Source: a virus
Taxonomy: Duplodnaviria > Heunggongvirae > Uroviricota > Caudoviricetes
Length of the DNA stretch: 11,553 bases
IMG/VR virus record: IMGVR_UViG_3300015179_000018
Location: 1-11,553 of that record
Strand: one strand, 5' to 3'
Under the pieces are notes generated by a model, which did not search any database, was not told the DNA's origin, and worked only from the letters and a program-made list of their open reading frames with translations. Position numbers and translations under genes: made by a program. The first letter of the stretch is position 1; each line of letters begins with the position of its first letter. Shown here piece after piece: positions 1 to 7,726 of this stretch.

Positions 1-19
1 ACGTGTGCTCTTCCGATCT
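1..19. other. Sequencing adapter remnant (Illumina TruSeq-type, ...ACGTGTGCTCTTCCGATCT)
   Basis: Bases 1-19 read acgtgtgctcttccgatct, which is the 3' end of the common Illumina adapter/read primer sequence as I recall it. Not biological sequence. Confidence 0.85.
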
Positions 20-133
20 AAAACAAAGCCCGGCAATGCACTACGGTCACGGCTGGATCATGGGAGAGGATGGTAAACGCTGGCATCCATGTCATTCACA
101 AGATGAATTGCTGTCTGAATTGACCACGAGAAA

Positions 134-373
134 ATGGAGAAAGTCCAAATGTATGCGGCAGAAAGTGAAGTGGTTTATCAGTTTCGTTACAGAGGGGAGA
201 GTTATTCAGTACCTGAAGATGATTTGCTCTGTTGCTATCCGTCGTTGTCGGGCGATGGTAGCTACTTTTTCACGCTAAAGGATGGAACCTTTATACGTGG
301 TGAAAAAGTACAAGAAGTGATGCGTATAAAGACATCACCTCTTGAACGTTATCGGCGAAGTATTTATCGGTAA
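134..373 (+). CDS. Hypothetical small protein (79 aa)
   Basis: ORF in track, ATG start, ends TAA at 371-373, convergent with the 364-612 minus-strand ORF with about 10 bp 3' overlap. No recognisable motifs; AT-rich region. Weak RBS (gaga) upstream. Confidence 0.3.
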   Translation: MEKVQMYAAESEVVYQFRYRGESYSVPEDDLLCCYPSLSGDGSYFFTLKDGTFIRGEKVQEVMRIKTSPLERYRRSIYR

Positions 374-612
374 CGATCTATCAGTGTCTGTATCAGATGA
401 GTGAATTCTTGTTGTTTAACCGAACCTAAAGGAAGTTTGTTTAATTCTTCGCGGAGGAGCTCAAAAAATGCAGATTGATTTGCTGAGTCAGTTCGAAATA
501 AGGAGTGGATCAGACCTGAAACAAGAATTCGTTGAACAGCAACCTCATCGCGAAGACTGGAGATCTCGTTTTCAAGTTGCTCTAAACGCTCTCTTTCAAC
601 CGGGTTCAACAT
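364..612 (-). CDS. Hypothetical small alpha-helical protein (82 aa)
   Basis: ATG at 610-612 (minus strand) preceded by a good RBS (reverse complement of 616-626 gives AGAAGGAA, about 7 nt upstream). Protein has charged/hydrophobic heptad-like periodicity (ERERLEQLENEISSLRDEVAVQRILV). Function unknown. Confidence 0.4.
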   Translation of the reverse strand: MLNPVERERLEQLENEISSLRDEVAVQRILVSGLIHSLFRTDSANQSAFFELLREELNKLPLGSVKQQEFTHLIQTLIDRYR

Positions 613-693
613 TGATGATTCCTTCTAGCTATCAATATGTTGGTAATGGATCATATCAAAAATTTTTTAGTAGATGTGTTGTGGGATGCATAA

Positions 694-1035
694 ATGGCTA
701 TTGAAGGCGCTGCGGCGACTGTTCCATTAAGTCCCGGTGAACGCCTGAATGGACTTAATCACATAGCGGAATTAAGGGCGAAAGTTTTTGGCCTGAATAT
801 TGAGTCAGAGCTTGAGCGGTTTATTAAAGATATGCGTGATCCACGGGATATCAATAATGAACAAAATAAACGGGCACTGGCTGCCATATTCTTTATGGCA
901 AAAATTCCAGCTGAACGTCATAGCATCAGCATTAATGAGCTGACCACTGACGAAAAGCGGGAGCTGATTAAAGCAATGAATCATTTTCGTGCAGTGGTGA
1001 GCTTATTTCCCAGACGGCTAACCATGCCGAATTAA
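694..1035 (+). CDS. Hypothetical phage early-region protein (113 aa)
   Basis: ATG at 694; first gene of the + strand run that continues through the replication gene. No confident family assignment from sequence alone. Confidence 0.5.
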   Translation: MAIEGAAATVPLSPGERLNGLNHIAELRAKVFGLNIESELERFIKDMRDPRDINNEQNKRALAAIFFMAKIPAERHSISINELTTDEKRELIKAMNHFRAVVSLFPRRLTMPN

Positions 1036-1102
1036 CCAACTAATGAAATTAATGGCGTAAACCCGCCGGGCATCCCTTTATCTAAATTCAGGAGAATTGA
1101 TT

Positions 1103-1336
1103 ATGCGTAATATTGAAATCCTCACGACTAAAACCGGACCGGATGACGCAGGGCTTAATATTTTACTGACAGAGGCTCGTCTGGAAGAACGTCGGGCAAG
1201 GGCTGAAGCAATGGCAGCTCGCCTTGATAGCCTGGCGTGTCATATCACATCCCGCCAGCTAAACCACGTCGAAGCGGCAGAACTGCTGCGTGTAACTGCT
1301 GAAGCAATCCAGAACGAAGCGCAGGAGATCCACTAA
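1103..1336 (+). CDS. Hypothetical phage early protein (77 aa)
   Basis: ATG at 1103 preceded by AGGAGA (1090-1095); the ORF-track start at 1097 is a TTG two codons upstream. Stop TAA 1334-1336 overlaps the next ATG (TAATG), indicating translational coupling. Confidence 0.55.
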   Translation: MRNIEILTTKTGPDDAGLNILLTEARLEERRARAEAMAARLDSLACHITSRQLNHVEAAELLRVTAEAIQNEAQEIH

Positions 1337-1563
1337 TGGCTGATGCAATGGATCTCGTACAGCAGCGCGTTGAAGAAGAACGCCAGCGCCATATTCGTGC
1401 TGCCCGTGCCAAAACACCGGGCGTGTCTCGCGTGCTTTGTATTGAATGTGAAGCGCCAATTCCGCCAGCACGACGCCGCGCCATTCCGGGAGTGCAGCTT
1501 TGCATTACCTGCCAGGAAATCGCAGAGCTGAAAGGCAAACATTACAACGGAGGTGCTGTATGA
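1336..1563 (+). CDS. TraR/DksA-family C4-type zinc-finger protein (phage-encoded)
   Basis: 75 aa with two CxxC pairs (CIEC...17 residues...CITC), typical of TraR/DksA zinc fingers found in P2-like early operons. Stop overlaps the next start (ATGA at 1560-1563). Confidence 0.75.
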
Positions 1564-1862
1564 CAAGGGCAGTGCGTATCCATCAATTAAAAATTGCACC
1601 TAAGTATTTCAACGCTGTGGTTGCAGGTCAAAAGACGGCTGAACTTCGTAAAGACGATCGTGGCTATAAAGTTGGTGATGTTCTTTCTCTTTGCGAATGG
1701 AAGCATGGCGTATTTACGGGTAGGGAATGGGCCGCTGTTATCTCTCATGTGCTTCCGGTTAATGACGTCATGGCAGTTTCAGAACAATGGGTGATGCTAT
1801 CAATTCGCCCATTAACTCCATTAGAAGCTTTAGGATATGTTATTGCAGGAGGTGCTGTATGA
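1560..1862 (+). CDS. DUF3850/ASCH-like (PUA-fold) domain protein
   Basis: ATG at 1560 preceded by GGAGG. N-terminus ([37 protein letters not shown]) matches my recollection of the DUF3850 pattern (HELKIWPEYFEAV..GKKTFEVRKNDRDY.VGD). Stop overlaps Dam start (ATGA at 1859-1862). The same ggaggtgctgtatga string precedes both this gene and dam. Confidence 0.7.
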
Positions 1863-2716
1863 GTACCATCCTGAAATGGGCGGGTAATAAAACTGCCATT
1901 ATGTCCGAACTGAAAAAACATCTTCCTGCTGGCCCGCGACTGGTTGAACCTTTCGCGGGTTCCTGTGCTGTGATGATGGAGACGGATTACCCCAGCTATC
2001 TTGTTGCGGATATTAATCCTGATTTAATCAACCTCTATAAAAAGGTTGCTGCTGATTGCGAGGCGTTTATATCTCGTGCCAGAGCTTTATTTGAGGAAGC
2101 AAACAGGGAGTTGGCTTATTACAACATAAGGCAGGAGTTTAATTACTCCACTGAAATTACTGATTTCATGAAAGCGGTATATTTCCTGTATCTCAATCGT
2201 CATGGTTACCGTGGGTTATGTCGTTATAACAAGAGCGGGCATTTCAACATTCCATACGGTAATTATAAAAATCCGTATTTCCCTGAAAAAGAAATTCGCG
2301 CATTTGCAGAGAAAGCCCAGCGAGCAACGTTTATCTGCGCCAGCTTTGATGAAACGCTGGCGATGCTGCAGGTGGGGGATGTGGTGTATTGCGATCCGCC
2401 TTATGACGGTACGTTTTCCGGCTATCACACTGACGGCTTCACTGAAGATGACCAGTATCACCTGGCATCTGTTCTTGAATATCGATCATCAGAAGGTCAT
2501 CCAGTCATTGTTTCTAACAGTGACACATCCCTGATCCGTTCGCTGTATCGAAATTTCACTCACCACTACATCAAGGCAAAACGCAGCATCGGCGTGTCGG
2601 CTGGCGAGAGTAAATCTGCAACAGAAATCATCGCTGTTTCTGGGGCGCGCTGCTGGGTGGGATTTGATCCTTCGCGTGGCGTGGATAGTTCTGCCGTGTA
2701 CGGAGTGCGTGCATGA
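1859..2716 (+). CDS. dam: DNA adenine methyltransferase, Dam/D12 class (N6-adenine, likely GATC-specific)
   Basis: ATG 1859 with GGAGG RBS (1847-1851); the ORF-track start at 1787 is upstream in the same frame. N-terminal KWAGNK and FAGSCAV (AdoMet-binding FxGxG) plus catalytic DPPY (VYCDPPYDG) are hallmark Dam-family motifs. Stop TGA 2714-2716 overlaps gpA ATG 2713. Confidence 0.9.
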
Positions 2717-5127
2717 GCCATGCTGATATGAACAACTGCAGCGGCTTTAACGAGGCCGCCGCAGCATTCTCATGGAACAGCCCGAAAAAGGCTATTAACC
2801 CTTATCTGGACCCGGCGGAAGTTGCGCCGGTTTCTGCGCTTTCAAACCTGATCACTCTGTACGCTGCCGATAACGAGCAGGAACAACTGCGCCGCGAGGC
2901 ACTGAGTGATCAGGTTTGGGAGCGTTATTTCTTTAATGAATCCCGTGATCCTGTCCAGCGCGAAATGGAGCAGGATAAGCTCATTAGCCGGGCAAAGTTG
3001 GCGCATGAGCAGCAGCGTTTTAACCCGGACATGGTCATTCTGGCAGACGTTAACGCCCAGCCTTCCCATATCAGCAGGCCGCTGATGCAACGTATTGAAT
3101 ACTTCAGCAGCCTTGGCAGGCCAAAGGCTTATTCCCGCTATTTGCGTGAGACGATTAAGCCATGTCTGGAACGGCTGGAGCATGTACGCGACAGTCAGCT
3201 ATCCACTTCTTTTCGCTTTATGGCAAGCCATGAAGGGCTGGACGGCCTGCTGATCCTGCCTGAAATGAGTCAGGATCAGGTGAAACGCCTGTCCACCCTT
3301 GTTGCTGCGCATATGAGCATGTGCCTTGATGCAGCTTGTGGCGATTTGTATGCCACCGATGACGTTAAGCCAGAAGAAATCCGCAAGACATGGGAAAAGG
3401 TGGCAGCAGAAACCCTGCGACTGGATGTCATACCGCCTGCGTTTGAGCAACTCCGCCGGAAAAGAAACCGCCGTAAACCCGTGCCCTATGAACTCATTCC
3501 GGGTTCGCTGGCGCGTATGTTGTGCGCCGATTGGTGGTACCGGAAATTATGGAAGATGCGTTGCGAATGGCGGGAAGAGCAGTTGCGTGCTGTTTGCCTG
3601 GTCAGCAAAAAAGCATCTCCCTATGTCAGCTATGAAGCCGTGATGCATAAACGTGAGCAGCGCCGTAAGTCGCTGGAGTTTTTCCGTTCTCATGAACTGG
3701 TGAACGAAGACGGCGACACGCTGGACATGGAGGATGTGGTAAACGCCAGCAGCAGCAACCCTGCGCATCGCCGCAATGAGATGATGGCCTGTGTTAAAGG
3801 TCTGGAGCTTATCGCGGAAATGCGCGGTGACTGCGCCGTTTTCTACACCATCACCTGTCCGTCACGTTTCCATTCCACGCTAAATAACGGCAGGCCCAAC
3901 CCGACCTGGACAAATACGACGGTAAGACAAAGCAGTGATTATCTGGTCGGCATGTTTGCTGCATTTCGTAAGGCGATGCACAAAGCCGGATTGCGCTGGT
4001 ATGGCGTGCGGGTGGCTGAGCCGCATCATGACGGTACAGTTCACTGGCACCTGTTGTGTTTTATGCGCAAAAAAGATCGCCGCACCATTACTGCTTTGTT
4101 GCGTAAGTTTGCCATTCGTGAAGACCGCGAGGAGCTGGGTAATAACACGGGACCACGCTTTAAGTCTGAGCTGATAAACCCGCGCAAAGGTACGCCAACA
4201 AGCTACATCGCGAAATACATCAGTAAGAACATTGACGGGCGTGGTCTGGCTGGCGAGATCAGCAAGGAAACGGGTAAATCCCTGCGTGATAACGCTGAAT
4301 ACGTTAATGCCTGGGCGTCTCTGCATCGTGTTCAGCAATTCCGCTTCTTTGGCATTCCGGGGCGTCAGGCTTACCGTGAACTGCGATTGCTGGCTGGTCA
4401 GGCGGCAAGGCAACAGGGGGACAAAAAAGCAGGTGCGCCGGTACTGGATAACCCGCGCCTTGATGCAATCCTGGCTGCTGCTGATGCTGGTTGTTTTGCC
4501 ACCTACATCATGAAGCAGGGCGGCGTACTGGTTCCCCGCAAATATCACCTCATCAGAACTGCTTATGAAATCAACGAAGAACCGACCGCATATGGCGATC
4601 ACGGTATTCGTATTTATGGCATCTGGTCACCCATTGCAGAGGGCAAGATCTGCACTCATGCGGTGAAGTGGAAAATGGTTCGTAAGGCCGTTGACGTTCA
4701 GGAGGCGGCAGCTGACCAGGGCGCTTGCGCCCCTTGGACTCGTGGCAATAACTGTCCCCTTGCTGAAAATTTGAACCAACAAGGGAAAGACAAATCAGCT
4801 GATGGGGACTCCAGAACGGATATTACCCGTATGAATGACAAGGAGTTGCACGATTACCTGCACAGTATGAGCAAAAAAGAGCGCCGGGAACTGGCTGCAA
4901 GGTTACGCCAGGTGAAACCGAAACGGCGTAAAGACTACAAACAGCGAATTACAGACCATCAGCGACAGCAGCTCGTCTATGAACTGAGGTCCAGAGGATT
5001 TGATGGCAGCGAGAAAGAGGTCGATTTACTCCTTCGCGGCGGCAGTATTCCGTCAGGAGCAGGCCTGCGTATCTTCTATCGGAGCCAGCGTTTGCAGGAA
5101 GATGACAAGTGGCGGAACCTGTATTAA
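2713..5127 (+). CDS. A: Rolling-circle replication initiation endonuclease, P2 gpA family
   Basis: 804 aa. HUH motif ([10 protein letters not shown]) and paired active-site tyrosine motif (YIAKYISKN) typical of P2 gpA-type Rep proteins. Follows dam in a coupled operon, as in P2-like phages. Confidence 0.9.
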   Translation: MSHADMNNCSGFNEAAAAFSWNSPKKAINPYLDPAEVAPVSALSNLITLYAADNEQEQLRREALSDQVWERYFFNESRDPVQREMEQDKLISRAKLAHEQQRFNPDMVILADVNAQPSHISRPLMQRIEYFSSLGRPKAYSRYLRETIKPCLERLEHVRDSQLSTSFRFMASHEGLDGLLILPEMSQDQVKRLSTLVAAHMSMCLDAACGDLYATDDVKPEEIRKTWEKVAAETLRLDVIPPAFEQLRRKRNRRKPVPYELIPGSLARMLCADWWYRKLWKMRCEWREEQLRAVCLVSKKASPYVSYEAVMHKREQRRKSLEFFRSHELVNEDGDTLDMEDVVNASSSNPAHRRNEMMACVKGLELIAEMRGDCAVFYTITCPSRFHSTLNNGRPNPTWTNTTVRQSSDYLVGMFAAFRKAMHKAGLRWYGVRVAEPHHDGTVHWHLLCFMRKKDRRTITALLRKFAIREDREELGNNTGPRFKSELINPRKGTPTSYIAKYISKNIDGRGLAGEISKETGKSLRDNAEYVNAWASLHRVQQFRFFGIPGRQAYRELRLLAGQAARQQGDKKAGAPVLDNPRLDAILAAADAGCFATYIMKQGGVLVPRKYHLIRTAYEINEEPTAYGDHGIRIYGIWSPIAEGKICTHAVKWKMVRKAVDVQEAAADQGACAPWTRGNNCPLAENLNQQGKDKSADGDSRTDITRMNDKELHDYLHSMSKKERRELAARLRQVKPKRRKDYKQRITDHQRQQLVYELRSRGFDGSEKEVDLLLRGGSIPSGAGLRIFYRSQRLQEDDKWRNLY

Positions 5128-5196
5128 TTACGCGGGTTAACAATTAGTGCTCTTAATAATACCAGGCATATCAGGCTGATGAACGTAAAAAAACGT

Positions 5197-5239
5197 TTTA
5201 CATCAGTAAGATTATTATATACTGTAAATATAAACAGTG
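5197..5239 (+). promoter_or_regulatory. LexA (SOS) operator overlapping a candidate sigma70 promoter for the downstream small-ORF/DinI-like genes
   Basis: TACTGTAAATATAAACAGTG at 5220-5239 is a CTGT-N8-ACAG palindrome close to the LexA consensus TACTGT(AT)4ACAGTA. Candidate -35 TTTACA (5197-5202) and -10 TATACT (5218-5223) overlap the box. A strong RBS AGGAGG (5271-5276) precedes ATG 5281. Confidence 0.65.
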
Positions 5240-5280
5240 GTTATGTATACAGTGTTGCTTGTGGTGTCATAGGAGGAAAG

Positions 5281-5469
5281 ATGCAGGACTATTTTTTGGA
5301 GTCTTTGAAGCTCCAGCGCATTGATTTTTTTCTTAAGCTTGTAGCGGCTAGTGAGTGTAGTGATGAAGAGAAGGGGCTGGCTCTGCAGTGGGTTTCTGAA
5401 CTGACAGATGAACTCATGGCAAAAATCAGAACCCACGAATACAACCGCTCAATGGATGTCATCAGCTGA
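5281..5469 (+). CDS. Small SOS-inducible protein (62 aa), possible Tum-like antirepressor N-terminal module
   Basis: ATG 5281 preceded by AGGAGG and by the LexA box; the ORF-track ORF 5179-5469 extends upstream across the operator and so is too long. Function is inferred only from position before the DinI-like gene (phage 186 SOS operon analogy). Confidence 0.5.
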   Translation: MQDYFLESLKLQRIDFFLKLVAASECSDEEKGLALQWVSELTDELMAKIRTHEYNRSMDVIS

Positions 5470-5479
5470 GGTGACTTTT

Positions 5480-5713
5480 ATGCGCATTGAAATAATGATC
5501 GATAAAGAGCAGAAGATTAGCCAGTCTACACTGGACGCCCTTGAATCCGAGCTTTACCGCAATCTGCGCCCCCTGTATCCCAAAACGGTAATTCGTATCC
5601 GCAAAGGTAGCTCTAATGGTGTGGAACTGACCGGACTGCAACTGGACGAAGAAAGAAAACAAGTGATGAAAATTATGCAGAAGGTGTGGGAAGACGACAG
5701 CTGGCTGCATTAA
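5480..5713 (+). CDS. DinI-like protein (SOS/RecA modulator family; Tum C-terminal-like)
   Basis: 77 aa starting MRIEIMIDKEQKIS...LDALESEL...VWEDDSWLH; closely parallels E. coli DinI (MRIEVTIAKTSPLP...IDALAGEL...TWESADDWF) from memory. RBS GAGGTGA 6 nt upstream. Start is an internal ATG of ORF-track ORF 5408-5713. Confidence 0.85.
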   Translation: MRIEIMIDKEQKISQSTLDALESELYRNLRPLYPKTVIRIRKGSSNGVELTGLQLDEERKQVMKIMQKVWEDDSWLH

Positions 5714-5872
5714 GAAACGTTGCTGGCGTCTGAACTTGCTTCTGGCGTCAGCAAGGTTGAACAACGAGTACAGTGAGGCGTTAGGTGTGGCGTTTATTTG
5801 ATGAGTGAACGCCCGTTCTGCGACAGGTTCGGAGATTAAGGTTGAAACTACGGGAAAAATACCATCTTTTTC

Positions 5873-6298
5873 CTACTTAATTGAGTCCAGTAACAAGTTA
5901 CAGTTACTCTCATTGTAGAGAGAACGAGCAATTAGTGTTACCTGCTTTCCATTCATTCCCGGCTTATCCCATAACACAGCTTCTTGCGACGCCACAAATT
6001 CAGCATAATCAATTATGCGTTGTTCGTGATCTGGTTCCTCATAGCCAAAGTATGAGAGCGCATCGTTGTAAGCGTGGTAAGCTGCTTTCTGTAATATCTT
6101 GATATCGGCTGTAGGTACTTGCTCCGTGTAGCTAGGATCTAATTGTGTGCTACTGCCATAGAATGCACATGAAAGGTAAGATATTGATTTCTGTTGAGCT
6201 TTAGTTCCTTTCTCATAGTTTTTAGCTGTTACCGCCTGAACTGGGACGCTAACAAAGCTTGCAACCAGAATTAAAATTAATACGTAAAAGCTTTTCAT
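5873..6298 (-). CDS. Secreted/periplasmic protein of unknown function with N-terminal Sec signal peptide (141 aa)
   Basis: N-terminus MKSFYVLILILVASFVSVPVQA-VTAK: positively charged n-region, hydrophobic core, AxA-like cleavage site (VQA), no lipobox Cys. RBS GAGG upstream on the minus strand. Gene is visibly AT-richer than flanking phage genes. Confidence 0.7.
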   Translation of the reverse strand: MKSFYVLILILVASFVSVPVQAVTAKNYEKGTKAQQKSISYLSCAFYGSSTQLDPSYTEQVPTADIKILQKAAYHAYNDALSYFGYEEPDHEQRIIDYAEFVASQEAVLWDKPGMNGKQVTLIARSLYNESNCNLLLDSIK

Positions 6299-6571
6299 TT
6301 TGACCTCAGCCGAAACGTTAGAGAGACTATCGAAATTTGTAAAACCCGTGGCGATTCAGTTTGAGATCCTCCCCCTTACATGATTTTTAATCAAATATAT
6401 GCTTTTGTAAGCATACCTGTTAACCGAATTATTTATTTTTAGAGATCTTCCGACATACTGATTATGCCCGCTGAGGAGTTCACCTTGCGTAAAGTCCGAT
6501 TCGCTTTACTCGTCTGTGCATGTCTATACTGCATGAGATTGCATGATCGTTTGAGGATCGTTTTTGCTAAG

Positions 6572-6596
6572 GCCCGCCAGTTCTGGCGGGCTTTTG
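6572..6596 (+). terminator. GC-rich hairpin followed by T-run (intrinsic-terminator-like), + strand
   Basis: gcccgcca-gttc-tggcgggc perfect 8-bp stem followed by ttttg. No obvious upstream + strand gene; may terminate an uncharacterised transcript or be part of the cos/packaging region. Confidence 0.45.
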
Positions 6597-6640
6597 CGTA
6601 GATCATGCACCTGCATGAAAACCACTACATAAAGCGGGCA

Positions 6641-6659
6641 GGCGTGGCGGGGATACGAG
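6641..6659. other. Candidate cos (cohesive end) site of the P2/186 type
   Basis: GGCGTGGCGGGGATACGAG at 6641-6659 closely resembles the 19-nt cohesive ends I recall for P2 (GGCGAGGCGGGGAAAGCAC) and 186 (GGCGTGGCGGGGAAAGCAT). It forms a GC-rich island in an AT-rich intergenic region between the replication side and the portal/terminase side. Confidence 0.45.
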
Positions 6660-6811
6660 CGCGCGCTAAGTCATATAAGAGTTATATATTGATTTGATTG
6701 CTGGACATGCATACAGTATCGCTCTATCATCTAATAAATCTTAGAGTATTTGACAATGTTTGGATAAAATGGAACCTAACTTATTCATAATCCGCTAAAC
6801 AGGGATGTCAG

Positions 6812-7726
6812 ATGCCATACCAATTGGTAGAGCTTAGCCCCGTAGCTAACGATCTTGAACAGTTAGGAACCAAAGAGAAGTTTTGGTTCTATTTCTCCGA
6901 TGACACTGTAAATTTGCAGTTGTTTAAGTACTCTAGGCCAGGTACTGGCGAGCATTGGTCTGAAAAGTGTGCTGCTGAGTTATGTCATTTGCTTAACATT
7001 CCACATGCTAGCTATGATTTGGCGCGATACAATGGTCGATTCGGTGTGGTGACTCAGAATATCATTCCATCTGGTTTCCGGATGGTAATGGGAAATGAAG
7101 TGCTTCACAGTTCGACATTCGATTATCCTGGGCCTTTACAAGCCGGGGAAAAGCCGGTAAGGGTCAGAGAACACACTGTCACAAGGGTATTGGGTTGTTT
7201 GGATAGGGAATCTATCAAGCCTCCTCCGAGTGTATATGATCTAACCGGGCTAAATGCAGCAGATGTATTTTGTGGATATTTGATGCTCGATGCACTTGTG
7301 AGTAATCAAGATCGCCATCATGAAAATTGGGCGATCATGCTTAACAATGAAACTGGTGAGCAGTTTTTGTGTCCAACATACGATCATGCCGCTAGTTTAG
7401 GAAGGGAGATGTTAGATGATGAGCGTAACGAACGGCTTAATACTAAAGATAAAAATCGACAAATCCCATGTTTTGTAAGAAAAGCTCGCTCTGAGCTATT
7501 CAAAGCAAAAACTGATAAAAAGCCCTTGCTGACCGTTGAAGCATTTCAACATGCAGTTGAAGGGAGAGTTGCCGCTCGCGACCATTGGTTAGGTAAGTTG
7601 AGCGTTTTAACAGAAGATTCCATTACAGATGTGTTTAACCAAGTGCCTTCATCGTGTATATCCGACAGTGCACGTAGATTTGCAACGTTAATGGTAATGG
7701 AAAATCGCAGAAGGTTACTAGAATGA
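6812..7726 (+). CDS. HipA-family-like Ser/Thr protein kinase core (HipT-like, lacking HipA N-terminal subdomain); candidate toxin/defence effector
   Basis: 304 aa. Gly-rich loop LGTKEKF (res 18-24) resembles the HipA P-loop (VAGAQEKT). Catalytic-loop-like SNQDRHHENW (res 164-173, nt 7301-7330) fits the N-x-D-x-H-x-x-N pattern of HipA/CtkA kinases, with downstream YDHAAS as a putative metal-binding Asp. RBS AGGGA before ATG 6812. Stop TGA overlaps the next ATG (ATGA at 7723-7726). Confidence 0.6.
   Translation: MPYQLVELSPVANDLEQLGTKEKFWFYFSDDTVNLQLFKYSRPGTGEHWSEKCAAELCHLLNIPHASYDLARYNGRFGVVTQNIIPSGFRMVMGNEVLHSSTFDYPGPLQAGEKPVRVREHTVTRVLGCLDRESIKPPPSVYDLTGLNAADVFCGYLMLDALVSNQDRHHENWAIMLNNETGEQFLCPTYDHAASLGREMLDDERNERLNTKDKNRQIPCFVRKARSELFKAKTDKKPLLTVEAFQHAVEGRVAARDHWLGKLSVLTEDSITDVFNQVPSSCISDSARRFATLMVMENRRRLLE

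Noticed and set aside
3-278. 91-aa + strand ORF at the extreme left end
   Set aside because: Its start lies inside the adapter sequence (1-19) and it overlaps the 134-373 ORF in another frame; the N-terminus is an artefact.
468-704. 78-aa + strand ORF with a GGAGG-like sequence upstream
   Set aside because: Extensively overlaps the minus-strand 364-612 ORF, whose product looks more protein-like (helical, charged periodicity) and has its own RBS. The + ORF has low-complexity composition (SYQYVGNGSYQKFFSRCVVGC) typical of an antisense shadow frame. It cannot be fully excluded.
2202-2534. ORFs 2202-2534 (+) and 2216-2461 (-) inside dam
   Set aside because: Overlap the Dam methyltransferase frame that carries the diagnostic DPPY and FxGxG motifs.
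2842-4602. Several minus-strand and alternative-frame ORFs inside the gpA gene (2842-3183, 3199-3450, 3326-3643, 3547-3768, 3880-4602, 3935-4174, 4232-4513)
   Set aside because: All lie within the long, motif-supported gpA reading frame; they are shadow ORFs with no RBS context and odd composition.
5241-5254. Possible second LexA box (ttatgtatacagtg)
   Set aside because: Only an ACAG half-site is present; no CTGT at the required 8-bp spacing.
5714-5760. Imperfect inverted repeat after the DinI-like gene (ttgctggcgtc...tggcgtcagcaa)
   Set aside because: The ctggcgtc elements are direct rather than inverted repeats; only a short imperfect stem forms and there is no T-tract, so not called as a terminator.
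5215-5764. Minus-strand ORFs 5215-5436 and 5462-5764, and the upstream extension of ORF 5179-5469
   Set aside because: Antisense to the LexA-regulated small ORF and DinI-like gene; the 5179 start would place the coding sequence across its own operator and promoter. The RBS-supported start is ATG 5281.
5881-6102. 73-aa + strand ORF
   Set aside because: Antisense to the signal-peptide protein gene, which has a clear signal peptide and RBS.
6750-6778. TTGACA hexamer (6750-6755) as -35 of the kinase operon promoter
   Set aside because: No convincing -10 hexamer at 16-18 bp spacing; the promoter cannot be placed by eye with confidence, so not reported as a feature.
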